A stretch of 64,000 nt of DNA from Eledone cirrhosa (lineage: Eukaryota): positions 264,306,001-264,370,000 of the forward strand of contig OZ024743.1 of the NCBI GenBank assembly GCA_964016885.1. Direction: 5' to 3'. The notes beneath the pieces are model-generated. The model did not search any database. It was not told the origin of the DNA and was given only the letters and a program-made list of their open reading frames with translations. This document shows, in pieces, positions 1-12,589 of the stretch. Within the stretch, counting starts at the first letter, position 1. The number at the start of each line of letters is the position of its first letter. Both the position numbers and the translations under genes were made by a program.

Positions 1-1105
1 AAGGAAAAAAAAAGCAACAAAACAAAAACAAAATATATGCCGTGGTCTATTTTACTTTTCGCCTACTCCTACTAATGTGAAAGAAAGGATTGAGTTCTTC
101 GTGCGATGGAAGTATAGTAAACCTGATAGGAAAGAAACTACTGACCTATAGATAAGATATGATATTCAACTGTAAGCACAAAAACCTAAAAACATTTCCT
201 AAGGTAACCAATGATTGAAACATGTTACCCTACATACATTTCTAAATTTCTATCCCTTCTATCGCTTTCAAATAGCCAGTTTTATTATTTAGGCGAGTGG
301 CACCAAATCCACTATCCTATTATATTACTTCCAATCAAATTCACTTGGTATCCTCGCTGAAGATAAGGTCATATTTTATTAGCTGGAATATTTCTGAGGT
401 ATAAATTAGAACATCGTGACTAAACATCTCAATCGGATATGTATGCCATTGGAATCCTATGTGAACACAGAATTTTCTTTTCGAGCAACCATCATTCCTT
501 ATCACCCCCAGACCGTACATGCAACTTGCTATTATGCATTCTAATTGTCCGAATGTCTATGGTCGCAAGGAATTTCTATAGTAGAACATTATTTGCTATC
601 AATTGCCTCCCACATACTTACAAATATAATCTCACTCAAGTGCACGCACGCAGTTACAAAGACACTAACTCATACGTGCATGTGTATTAAGTCATACCAC
701 TTCAGATCGTCAATAGTTTCTTCGGATCCTACATAGCTTTATTTTTATTTATTAATTAGTAAGTTTGATTTAGATTCATACAACGTTACGTGTGGAATTT
801 GAAATTAAAGTATTTGCCAGGCGAATTGTTGGGATGTCATGATCCGATGTCTGATGATATCCGGAGGAATACGTCTTACACAAATGTTCCATTTTTGAAA
901 TTATTTCTGCAGTTGCATCCCACCAATGAACGAGTGGTCTCATGGGTTTATTTTGTTATATAATCGGTTCTGGCACAGTATCAGCGCTAATGCTTACAAA
1001 CTCTAGTGGGTTGCTATTATTTTTACAACTTGGGAAATGGGTAAAAATGGGTGAGAAGTTGATGGAAGAGGGGTGGCAGCAGCGACAGCTATATATTTAT
1101 CACCA

Positions 1106-1152
1106 AGAGAGAAAGAGAGAGAGAGAAAGAGATGGAGAGCGAGAGAGAGAGC

Positions 1153-1239
<87 letters not shown>

Positions 1240-1260
1240 TGAGGGTGAGAGAGAAAGAGA
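1106..1260. repeat. (AG)n microsatellite
   Basis: Long, slightly interrupted GA run; explains the ERER/SLSL ORFs. Confidence 0.95.
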
Positions 1261-2749
1261 TGAGGAACGAGAAGGCGGGAGGAGAAAATATAAGGAGAGC
1301 AAGAACAAATTCTGTGCTGTGGATATATTTAGGGAGAGCGTAGTGGTGATTGCGTGATGTCTGCGTCAACACTATGAATTCTAACCTCCTTTGGCATAAA
1401 AACTGCAAAGTAGATTATAATTTAATTATAAAGGGACATTTGCTACATTGTTATATATTGAAAAATATATGTTTGAATATTTCAAACATTTCAGACATCA
1501 AACACAAACACAGTAATGTTTTATGCTGGTATTTGTTAAGTATTATATGTCACTGATCCAGAAATCAAAGCAGAACTCTCCTGTTTCTCATGCATTAGGC
1601 TTCGTCAGTGGAAATATAGCTTTCACACACGTTTGCTGCTACTCTCTTATCTAGTTTGCTATACAAAAAAAGGTTAATAAAAAAAAAAACACTTTCAGTT
1701 GTGTGTGTGTGGGGCGGGGTATGGGGGTGAGGAATTTGATCAATTGATAATTGTATCACTGTCATTATAGATTAATTCGGATTGCAGTTGATTACTACAT
1801 TAGGGTGTTAGCCATCATATTTCTTTACGACTCTCAGGGACAGTTGGTAAATAAATGAAAATGAATAATTACATAAGAAAGATATACGAATAAATATATG
1901 AAACAGGAATAGCTAAATACACACATGATGTATTTGGCTAGAAAGATTCATATTTCTCACGCCCAAACACTATAGAGTGTAGTATTGAATATATATAGTT
2001 CATTACTTAAAAATACAGAACGAAAATCTAAATTTCGTACAAACCCTATAAGCATACACTGTTTTCTCAGCAAACGGCAATTGTATGTATGTGTATGTGT
2101 GTGCACACTCACTAACGTGTTCGTCGAGACCTCAGGCGTCCTTGGATCCGGTATTGTCGAGTTCCTCCACAAAATCAGAAAACTAGGCCAACCATTGCCT
2201 AGGATATTATATTTTCGAAATATTTCTGTTTTTAAATTTTTTCTCAGTTCTGGTAATATATGTATTATATCTGAACAAACTTTCTAAACATGTTATTCTA
2301 CATTCAAGATATTTTTTTAATTAATTTAGGAACTAAAGCGTATAATACCAGATCAAAAGATGGCGATTGCATTACCAAATCAGATGTATGAGCAACATTT
2401 GTGTGGATTGTGCTACTATAAAAACGTAGGTATTTTTTCTATATCTTCACTGTCTTACTCACGGTGATAGACGTATTTCTGTGACATAGTTCATGATAAA
2501 AGTTATACTAATATTACATTTGAGACAAAACCTGAAAATTATTCAGTGATTCTCTCGTTTTCAGCCAAATGTATCAAAATTTGGATGTAATTACTTCAAG
2601 CTCTCCTACACTGTTCACTTTGGTGTGGTCCAGTTAGCTATCATTATAATATTCCTTCTACCCCCGTTTGTGCATCCATCTGATAGTTTCCTCAGACAAG
2701 ATACTTTGTCATCTATTCATGATATTTATATATATATATATATATATAT

Positions 2750-2884
2750 ATAGGAACCAGTAAGACCCCGACGGCTGAGTCAGCCGTCGGGGTCTTACTG
2801 GTTCCTATTACCCACTCTACTACCCTAAGTATTGTGTACTTTGGTGCGTTATGGTCCACCTGGTTCCTTACCACATTTCCTTCG

Positions 2885-2886
<2 letters not shown>
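2750..2886 (+). mobile_element. Mini fold-back PLE terminus (family A) in (TA)n
   Basis: Perfect palindrome 2750-2808 centred on G2779, plus an ~80-bp tail homologous to the reverse complement of 19259-19345; flanked by TA tracts. Confidence 0.75.
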
Positions 2887-2951
<65 letters not shown>

Positions 2952-3083
2952 AAAGTTATATTTAATTTGTTGGGATTCAACAAGCTTAAAAGTTTTATAA
3001 CTGATATAAAGAACTCAACCGATAACTGGAGTAAATATTCAATATATTAATAAATGGAAACCATATTTATAAAACCATAATTA

Positions 3084-3145
3084 TTTTAGTATATATATTT
3101 CAAGGGCAACCAAGGCAAATTTTGGTGCACTTTCATCAGATAAAT
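3084..3145 (-). ncRNA. Type I hammerhead ribozyme motif (family B)
   Basis: Minus strand: tttat CTGATGA aagtgcacc...ggttgccctt GAAA tatata TA ctaaaa; one stem I mismatch next to the core. Confidence 0.65.
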
Positions 3146-3202
3146 TTGTTTTATAAATGTTGACATGCCCGCAGAAAAACAACCTTGACGGTTTAAGGTT
3201 CT

Positions 3203-3264
3203 TTTTACCTGATGAAAGCGCACCAAAATTTGCCTTGGTTGCCCTTGAAATATATATAATAAAA
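3203..3264 (+). ncRNA. Type I hammerhead ribozyme motif (family B)
   Basis: ttttac CTGATGA(3209-3215) aagcgcacc...ggttgccctt GAAA(3247-3250) tatata TA ataaaa; palindromic stem III ATATATAT. Confidence 0.7.
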
Positions 3265-3304
3265 TAATTATGGCTTTATAAATATAGTTTCCATTTATTA
3301 ATAT

Positions 3305-3396
<92 letters not shown>

Positions 3397-3404
3397 AGTG
3401 TGTC

Positions 3405-3474
<70 letters not shown>

Positions 3475-3488
3475 ATGTATATAATAAT

Positions 3489-3625
3489 AATTGTTTCTAC
3501 TTTTGGCACAAGGCCAGCAATTACTCAGTACATTACTGGTACTTTATTTTATCGACCGCGCAAAGATGAAAGGCAAAGTTAACCTTGGTGGGATTTGAAC
3601 TCAGACCATAAAGGGCCGTAACTCT
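3489..3625 (-). mobile_element. tRNA-derived Nin-domain SINE, 5'-truncated
   Basis: Matches the full copies (e.g. 28046-28233); B box GAGTTCAAATCC on the minus strand. Confidence 0.85.
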
Positions 3626-3659
3626 TTGCTGTATATAATAATAATAATATTATTTATAG

Positions 3660-5298
3660 TTATGTATACACCATATACAACTAGGAAAGGTAAGTAATTC
3701 ATTACTACCTTATTACCAGTAAGAAAAATAGCTCAATGTAAATACATCAGATGTTTTTCAGAGCAGGAATATAAATTACACAATAATCAAAGCTATGTTT
3801 AAATCATTGTATTGCTGATAATCGTTTCTTCCAAACTCTAGCTGCTAGTATATTACAATGTAAAATCTGAATTCCTCACCACTATTAACACTTCACCTCT
3901 ATGTCTTATCAGCATATACGCACCCCCCAGTATCACACTCTATGATCAGCTCATCCCTCTAACTAACTCCTATTTATCTCAAACCTTATACTCTACAATA
4001 ACTATTAGGAATAAACATAAAGTTAACACCATTTAATATAACCACTATAGATTGCTTATATTATATTCAGTAATGGATAGATAATAATATGATGAGACAC
4101 TTAATGTATTATAGGAAAATAAATTATATTTATAATTAAATATATAAATTAATAGCATTATATATAAGGGATTCACTTATAACATAATATAATGTATATT
4201 AATAACACAAGAGATATAACTAATTGGACCTGTAAACAACTATACATTTTTCTATAGCTTACTTATACTTTATTCAGTAATGGATAGATAACAATATAAG
4301 GATTTCTCATATAGGCACTAGGCCAGTAATGTATTATGGAAAATACATTGTACTTAAAATTAAATATAAACAAATATCATTATATAAAAAGGATTCACTA
4401 TATCATGTATATTAGCACAACAAATTTAACTAATTGAAGCTGTAAACAACTATACATTTTTCCTATTTTTTCTAATTTCTTCTATCATATACAATTTAAT
4501 CGCTAGTTACCTCCCCTATCGTATTAGCTCCCCATAATATAGATCTCAAACTCACTTCTGGATATTAAACCGTTAGAAGAATCATTCCACAACAACTCGG
4601 ACCCCGGATAACAATATAATAGGACCAATATACAATCCATAGCTGTAACTAATTAAAAACATTCACTAAAATAAAATATAACCAATGTAATGGAAAAGAT
4701 AGCAATAACATTGATACTCTCTACACATACACATTTGAACATTACAGAAACAATCATCACACTACATCCATCATGAACTCATAATTTTAATACACAAACA
4801 TCTTTGTCTGCTTGATATGCTTGTAAACCTATGTTATTTTATGTGATACCTTTGCCATGCAGTAATTATATATGCCTTGTACCATTGCTTGTTTCATTCC
4901 TGTATATGCCTAACGCATTTGCACTATCTATACGGTTGCATATGTAATGCTAGTGTCCTCGTTTTACGAGTAACTTTCTACCTTAATGCCTCTTTAAGTA
5001 TTATACTATTCTCTTGTAATCTCTGTCGCATGCATTCCACTCTGTGCCTTTTTAATTTTTAATTTTTAATTTAAATTATTGTACAATTCTCTTGTAATCT
5101 ATGTCGCATACATTACACTCTGTAAATATGAAACTGTTGTTGACAGCATTGCTATCGATGTATCTATATGATTGTTCAGTTAAATGGGAGGTTAATTATA
5201 TGTACAAAGATTGCTAGTGCTCCGATGAAACCAAACGAAAGTCTGGAAGAAACGATTGTCAAATAAAATGATTTGAACATAGCTTTGATTATTGTGTG

Positions 5299-5300
<2 letters not shown>
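3660..5300 (+). mobile_element. Decayed PLE 3' region with inverted terminal copy
   Basis: ~3777-3836 is the reverse complement of ~5241-5297; degenerate HHR at 5218-5265 (CCGATGA...GAAA cgattg TC); internal ~200-bp tandem duplication ~4062-4465; ends in (TA)n. Confidence 0.5.
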
Positions 5301-5350
<50 letters not shown>

Positions 5351-5537
5351 TCTGGATAACCAAAGATGTGTGTTCGACTCCCATGTACGTCAATACTCAT
5401 ATTTTTCCATTTCTCTGTGGGTTCTTAACCCCACTATGCGGCTAAATCATTTCTTTAATTTCTTTAGTCAAAATACGGCGATAGTTTACTTTTATAATAA
5501 TTTCAAACCCGCTCGCTGTTTCGAAAATATTATTATT

Positions 5538-5944
<407 letters not shown>

Positions 5945-5954
<10 letters not shown>

Positions 5955-6698
5955 GAGAAGAAAGAATACTGCGTGGTTGCACATAGTTTACATATGATAA
6001 AAATAATCCTTCGTCAGTGATTTTCCAACCTTCATTGGTATTTCATCGCTTTAAAAATCATATACCTCCGGTTGGCGCTAGCAATAGCTAAATAAAGCTA
6101 TTGGGACAAGTAAATCGCGTAAAGCGAGCGAGACAAGTAAACAAACATAGAAGGATGATAGCAACGCAAAGATAGGAAAAAACAAGCAACATGAGAATCC
6201 GGTCAGCTTAAGCTGGGTGGATTTCATGAGCGAGCGCGATACAGAACATCTGACGTGAGTGAGATGTGAGCAAGAAGAGAACCCAGTACAGGCCAAATGG
6301 GAGGAAGTGAGAAGGGGAGAAACAGAGAGTGAATGAGTGGAAGTGCGAGGAAGAGGCCAGTCGAGAGAAAGTGTAACTGACAGAGGGGGCGAAAGAAGGT
6401 GAGAGAAACAGAGACAGCGGGAAGCAGTAAGAGAGAAACAGACAAACGCAGCCGAGGAAAATATATATAAAAAACATGAGAAGAAAGAATACTGCGTGGT
6501 TGCACATGGTTTACATATGATAAAAATAGTCCTTATCATCCTTCTATGTTTGTTTACTTGTCTCGCTCGCTTTACGCGATTTACTGATCCCAATAGCTTT
6601 ATTTAGCTATTGCTCGCACCAACCGGAGGTATATGATTTTTAAAGCGATGAAATACCAATGAAGGTTGGAAAATCACTGACGAAGGACTATTTTTATC

Positions 6699-6702
<4 letters not shown>
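5945..6702. mobile_element. Unclassified TA-targeted repeat (family X), rearranged A-B-C-A-B' structure
   Basis: 5945-6011 is repeated directly at ~6464-6534; ~6535-6700 is the reverse complement of ~5995-6160; GA-rich core similar to 33660-33800; a ~58-bp piece recurs at 7212-7269. Confidence 0.6.
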
Positions 6703-6790
<88 letters not shown>

Positions 6791-6792
<2 letters not shown>

Positions 6793-7113
6793 GTGGTTCT
6801 GTCTTTGCGCGTAATTGTTTTTCACCGCTCCTATTAATGACGTATCTTTTTCCAGTTCTTTGCCAGCGAACGTTTCCACGAACCAAAGTATCGTCTTCCT
6901 CTCTTACTCCGGTTGCAACGTTTTTTGAAATTTTCCACTTCTGCGTTTACAGATTGACTTTGTTAGTTTCAGAAGATCTCGTTAAGGGTGAAAGCAGCGA
7001 TTCTTTGCTTAAACTTTAATCTGTTATTTTAATAAATATTTGCTCTACGGTTCTTATATATTTGATATATATTTATCCTTATCGAGCCCTCTTTGGATTT
7101 TAGTCTTGAAATT
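6791..7113 (+). mobile_element. Solo PLE terminal repeat plus tail (family D)
   Basis: Homologous to 36985-37290 and to the reverse complement of 34633-34890; bounded by TA tracts. Confidence 0.85.
6965..7015 (+). ncRNA. Hammerhead-like motif with CAGAAGA core (family D)
   Basis: agttt CAGAAGA tctc gttaa gggt GAAA gca..tgc TT aaact: stem I agttt/aaact is perfect; stem III A-gca/tgc-U. Confidence 0.6.
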
Positions 7114-7264
7114 TATTATTATTAATAATTATATATATATATATATATGTATATATTATATATATATTATATATATATATATATATTATATATATATACA
7201 TATATATATATAAGCGATGAAATACCAATGAAGGTTGGAAAATCACTGACGAAGGACTATTTTT

Positions 7265-7330
<66 letters not shown>

Positions 7331-7350
7331 CATATATGTATATATATATA

Positions 7351-7391
<41 letters not shown>

Positions 7392-7421
7392 AGATCAAAA
7401 GATGGTTAAAGGAGTTCCATA

Positions 7422-7492
7422 TATTTTATTATGCGCATTTCAAAAACAAACATCATCAAGCAATAATATTTGTGTCTTCATCAGATAACACA
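7422..7492 (-). ncRNA. Type I hammerhead ribozyme (family E)
   Basis: Inverted copy of 10409-10479. Confidence 0.75.
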
Positions 7493-8473
7493 GGAGAACA
7501 TGATATGAAGGCTAAAAAAACACTTGTTGATAGTGCAGTTTTAAATCAACATATGAAAAGTTGTTTTAGATTGATGTGTGATATTGGGAAAAATATTTTA
7601 TTTAGAGAGGGGGGGGAAGGATGAAAAGGGAAGGAGATGAGAGGGAGAGATGGGTGATAGAGAGAAAGAGATAGTTTTTATAACTGAGAGGAGATATATT
7701 TTTTACATAGAGGGGTTGAAAACCGTTGGAAGATACTGTATAAATTAAAATTTTGAAAATTAACGAAGGGAGGATATGTGCGAGGAAAAAATATTTTATT
7801 TAGGGAGGGGCGGGTGGAAAGGATGAAAAAAAGGGGGGAGGAGATGAGAGTGAAGGTGGAGAGGGAGAGATGGGTGATAGAGAGAAAGAGATAGTTTTTA
7901 TAACTGAGAAAAAGATATATTGTTTTAATATAGAGAGGTTGGGAACCGTTGGAAGATAATGTATAAATTAAAGGAATTTGAAAATTAACGAAGGGAAATT
8001 ATGTATGAAGATAGAGAGAAAAAAATAATAATTGTGGGTGAATATTCTAACGTCAAAAGAAGAAATGTATGTATTGTGGCAATTTCAAAATTAGCGAAGA
8101 GAAAAATTAAGGTTTGTGTGTAGAAGGATTTGAGAAAAATAATGTGAAGTTAAAGTTTGTATATTGAATTGATATGTATTAATAATGAGTTCGTTGATGG
8201 GGAGAAAAAAAAAAAAATAATAATAAATTAAGGATGAAATTGAGATTAAAAAGATTTATGATAGAGAGAAAAAATAATAATGATTGCGGATGAATATTCA
8301 AAATGTCAAAAACAAATGTTATTATTTTACGAGAAGATAGAATGACGGTAATGAGTAAACGAGTATTATAGAGTGTATAATGCCCTTTAAAGTAAGGTAG
8401 ATGGGTATATTTTAAAGAGGTGTATGTATATGTGCCTTTGAGAAAAGATTCTAAATTGATAAAGAATTGAATA

Positions 8474-8775
8474 TTAACTGTATACTTTGTGAAAAGTTCT
8501 ATGGAATTTATGCAGGCAGATAGAAAACAAATCTGAGCGTCTATTTATTATAGATTCTAGGTTAGAGATAATGGTAAATTTTTCATTTAGGCAGAGATTA
8601 CAGATTTTAAATAGAGAGCTGTTCAAGTATGAGGATGCAGAAGAAATCTTTTTCCAAAATATGTTATATTTAATGTTTTTGTCTTTTAAGGACCATATGA
8701 GTTCTGAGAGAGCAGTGTTAGTTCTTTTAAGTTTGTATTTGAAAGATGAATGATGATTATAGAGACGAGCTTTAA
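8474..8775 (-). pseudogene. Inverted partial copy of PLE GIY-YIG C-terminus
   Basis: Same peptide as the C-terminal ~100 aa of ORF 8750-9427, with one S/F difference. Confidence 0.85.
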
Positions 8776-9427
8776 TATTGAATTTCATAATAACAGTAAT
8801 AGTACTCCCGACGTCATTGTAAACCCTAGGCTAACTTCTGTAAACCCAAATACAACGTCAAACACAACTTCGCTAAATGTTCATAATCCAACTCTAAATC
8901 AAGAAACTATTATTCCTATTATTCCTATCGCAAACAACTTCTCCAATCCAATTCCTTCTATAGATAACACTAGATCACTCATTAATAATCTCTCTAATTG
9001 CAACTGCCGCATTAAAAATAAATGTCCTCTCAACAACCATTGCCTCGATAAAAACTTAATTTATGAATGTAAAATTATAACTAGCACCAATTCCTTCACC
9101 TATTTTGGCTCCACTTCCACCTCTTTTAAAGCTCGTCTCTATAATCATCATTCATCTTTCAAATACAAACTTAAAAGAACTAACACTGCTCTCTCAGAAC
9201 TCATATGGTCCTTAAAAGACAAAAACATTAAATATAACATCTTTTGGAAAAAGATTTCTTCTGCATCCTCATACTTGAACAGCTCTCTATCTAAAATCTG
9301 TAATCTCTGCCTAAATGAAAAATTTACCATTATCTCTAACCTAGAATCTATAATAAATAGACGCTCAGATTTGTTTTCTATCTGCCTGCATAAATTCCAT
9401 AGAACTTTTCACAAAGTATACAGTTAA
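8750..9427 (+). CDS. PLE GIY-YIG endonuclease domain (5'-truncated, Naiad-like)
   Basis: CNC..CPL..C zinc finger, LIY...YFG, KAR..NH, and C-terminal CNLC..EK...NRR....CLH; open frame; no RT upstream; the first codons come from the inverted arm. Confidence 0.85.
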   Translation: MMIIETSFNIEFHNNSNSTPDVIVNPRLTSVNPNTTSNTTSLNVHNPTLNQETIIPIIPIANNFSNPIPSIDNTRSLINNLSNCNCRIKNKCPLNNHCLDKNLIYECKIITSTNSFTYFGSTSTSFKARLYNHHSSFKYKLKRTNTALSELIWSLKDKNIKYNIFWKKISSASSYLNSSLSKICNLCLNEKFTIISNLESIINRRSDLFSICLHKFHRTFHKVYS

Positions 9428-10408
9428 TATTCAATTCTTTATCAATTTAGAATCTTTTCTCAAAGGCACATATACATACACCTCTTTAAAATATACCCAT
9501 CTACCTTACTTTAAAGGGCATTATACACTCTATAATACTTGTTTACTCATTACCCTCATTCTATCTTCTCGTAAAATAATAACATTTGTTTTTGACATTT
9601 TGAATATTCATCCGCAATCATTATTATTTTTTCTCTCTATCATAAATCTTTTTAATCTCAATTTCATCCTTAATTTATTATTATTTATTTTTTTTTTCTC
9701 CCCATCAACGAACTCATTATTAATACATATCAATTCAATATACAAACTTTAACTTCACATTATTTTTCTCAAATCCTTCTACGCACAAACCTTAATTTTT
9801 CTCTTCGCTAATTTTGAAATTGCCACAATACATACATTTCTTCTTTTGACGTTAGAATATTCACCCACAATTATTATTTTTTTCTCTCTATCTTCATACA
9901 TAATTTCCCTTCGTTAATTTTCAAATTCCTTTAATTTATACATTATCTTCCAACGGTTCCCAACCTCTCTATATTAAAACAATATATCTTTTTCTCAGTT
10001 ATAAAAACTATCTCTTTCTCTCTATCACCCATCTCTCCCTCTCCACCTTCACTCTCATCTCCTCCCCCCTTTTTTTCATCCTTTCCACCCGCCCCTCCCT
10101 AAATAAAATATTTTTTCCTCGCACATATCCTCCCTTCGTTAATTTTCAAAATTTTAATTCATACAGTATCTTCCAACGGTTTTCAACCACTCTATGTAAA
10201 AAATATATCTCCTCTCAGTTATAAAAACTATCTCTTTCTCTCTATCACCCATCTCTCCCTCTCATCTCCTTCCCTTTTCATCCTCCCCCCCCTCTCTAAA
10301 TAAAATATTTTTCCCAATATCACACATCAATCTAAAACCACTTTTCATATGTTGATTTAAAACTGCACTATCAACAAGTGTTTTTTTAGCCTTCATATCA
10401 TGTTCTCC

Positions 10409-10479
10409 TGTTTTATCTGATGAAAACACAAATATTATTGCTTGATGATGTTTGTTTTTGAAATGCGCATAATAAAATA
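10409..10479 (+). ncRNA. Type I hammerhead ribozyme (family E)
   Basis: tgttttat CTGATGA(10417) [caaatattatt gctt gatgatgtttg stem II] GAAA(10460) tgcgca TA ataaaata; 8-bp stem I; palindromic stem III ATGCGCAT. Confidence 0.85.
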
Positions 10480-10605
10480 TATGGAACTCCTTTAACCATC
10501 TTTTGATCTTATATTATGCATACTCCTGTCCCACAAACTGTAGAGTGCTTCTTATCCGATATCTGCATTGCTTTATTGTACTACAATAAAACTCACCTCC
10601 TACAT

Positions 10606-10636
<31 letters not shown>

Positions 10637-10650
10637 TATATTATATATAC

Positions 10651-10691
<41 letters not shown>

Positions 10692-10705
10692 TATATTATA
10701 TATAC

Positions 10706-10759
<54 letters not shown>

Positions 10760-10773
10760 TATAACACGCCCAG

Positions 10774-10809
<36 letters not shown>

Positions 10810-11085
10810 ATGGAAAAGAATGAAACGAAATATCATCTGTCACTCTTAGTATGGCTGATACCTAAATATAAGTATGTATACGTACATACATTTATGTGTA
10901 CAGACGTACAGTAGTATGTATGACTATATACATACATGCATATATATATATATATATATATAGGTACGTATGGGTCTACCGAACATTTATTATAATGTTC
11001 GGTTTGTTTGTAAACAAACAGCCCGAAATACTCCGTACAGTGCTCGGCAACCATCGTCGCCCTTTTGTTCAACACTGACACAGGA

Positions 11086-11128
11086 ACGATGTACTAGTTT
11101 CAAGCATATTAGCTATCATCAGCATCGT
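11086..11128 (-). ncRNA. Type I hammerhead ribozyme (family F)
   Basis: acgatg CTGATGA t agc taatat gct t GAAA ctag TA catcgt: perfect 6-bp stem I; palindromic ACTAGT stem III. Confidence 0.85.
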
Positions 11129-11351
11129 ATACCTTTCTGTCAGATGATTGAACGTTTAAAAGTATATATTTCCTTATGCATATTAACGGTTGAGCAGCCT
11201 AATTTGCATATCGTTTCATTCTTTTCCATTTATCCGTTTCGGTGCGCCCGACCGACTAACTCACTTGATATGCAAATGAGACTGCTCAGACGTTAATATG
11301 CATAAGGAAATATTATACTTTCAAACGTTCAATCATCTGACAGAAAGGTAT

Positions 11352-11393
11352 ACGATGCTGACGATAGCTAATAACTTGAAACCAGTACATCGT
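11352..11393 (+). ncRNA. Type I hammerhead motif (family F), slightly mutated
   Basis: acgatg CTGACGA tagctaataactt GAAA ccag TA catcgt. Confidence 0.7.
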
Positions 11394-11605
11394 TCCTGCT
11401 GTGTGAGTGTTGAACAAAAGGGCGACGATGGTTGCCGAGCACTGTACGGCGTATTTCGGGCTGTTTGTTTAAAAACAAACCGATCATTACAATAAATGGT
11501 CGGGAAACCCATACGTACATATATATGTCCATATATACGTGCATGTATGTATATATATACATACTACTGTACGTCTGTACACATATATGTATGTACGTAT
11601 ACATA

Positions 11606-11650
<45 letters not shown>

Positions 11651-12589
11651 CACATATATATATACACACACATATATATATATATATCATTATAATAACC
11701 AGAGATTTGACGTTCATCTCAACTTGCGAAAGACAAACTTTGTTTGTTTGCCAATATTAATTCTAATCTCATTTTACACGCAATATGAAAACTGCAAACC
11801 ACTTATATTCTTATGCTCATTGGTTATAGAAAGCAATATTTATTTGTTTTACTGAATAGTGGGAATTGGATGAACATAATAGATTTAAATAAGATTTACC
11901 TCACCGGATATATGAATCCCCAAATACTTTCAATATATATATCCGCCAGTAATTTATGACTACGTAATGGTTTTAAATAATTGCACCATATTCTTACTTC
12001 GGAAAGAATTGGACATTTTCGGAGTGGTAAATCACCGCAAACTTTCTTCTTTATCTAGGGGAGTACATCATAGATCCGAATCAATATAATACATTCCTAT
12101 TAAAATATTCAATTTGGTACGTATTTTTTCTACGAAAAAATCACGAGTCTTAAATCAATAGTAAATGAAACAATTCAAAAATAAGCCAGTTCGTAAAGTA
12201 TAGGTACGCATCCAGTGAATTCAGTGTGATGGTTGTTTAAGATTGTAAAGAATTATCCAATAGTTGAACAAGTGAGGATCTGAAACAATTCTACTTTTTC
12301 ACGCCACAATAGCCTTTAAAAGACGGTACTGTGCCGACGTAGTTTGTAGAACAAAACCTGACCTGAATAACAAACATCATGATATGAGGCTTTAATGACA
12401 AATTGTACGTTTGAAGAACAAATCAATAATTTGCTTTTAACCATATTCTCTAGGACAAAGTATAAAATGAAGACACCATTTGGTGATCGTGAGCTATATA
12501 AAATATATAGATCACTAATCGGTACAGTTTGATTCACTAAACTGTTTAGATTATGGCTGTAGATTATTATTGTTACTGTTATTAGACTT

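Larger units (their letters stand above)
2950..3308. mobile_element. Fold-back non-coding PLE derivative (family B) with two HHRs
   Basis: Inverted repeat ~3040-3144 / ~3204-3308; extra tail 2950-3039; TA tracts on both sides; related copy at 37361-37500. Confidence 0.75.
7386..10606. mobile_element. Head-to-head PLE (Naiad-like, family E), endonuclease plus long 3' UTR, inverted duplication
   Basis: Left arm 7386-8775 is a near-identical reverse complement of 9126-10517; right arm has an ~90-bp tail; TA tracts on both sides; GIY-YIG ORF and terminal HHRs. Confidence 0.9.
10808..11612. mobile_element. Non-coding fold-back element with two HHRs (family F)
   Basis: Inverted arms ~10865-11212 / ~11268-11612; an extra 21-bp inverted piece 10808-10828 matches 11211-11231; TA flanks. 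Confidence 0.8.

Noticed and set aside
846-880. CTGATGA...GAATACGTC hammerhead-like string
   Set aside because: No GAAA, weak stems, and no element context.
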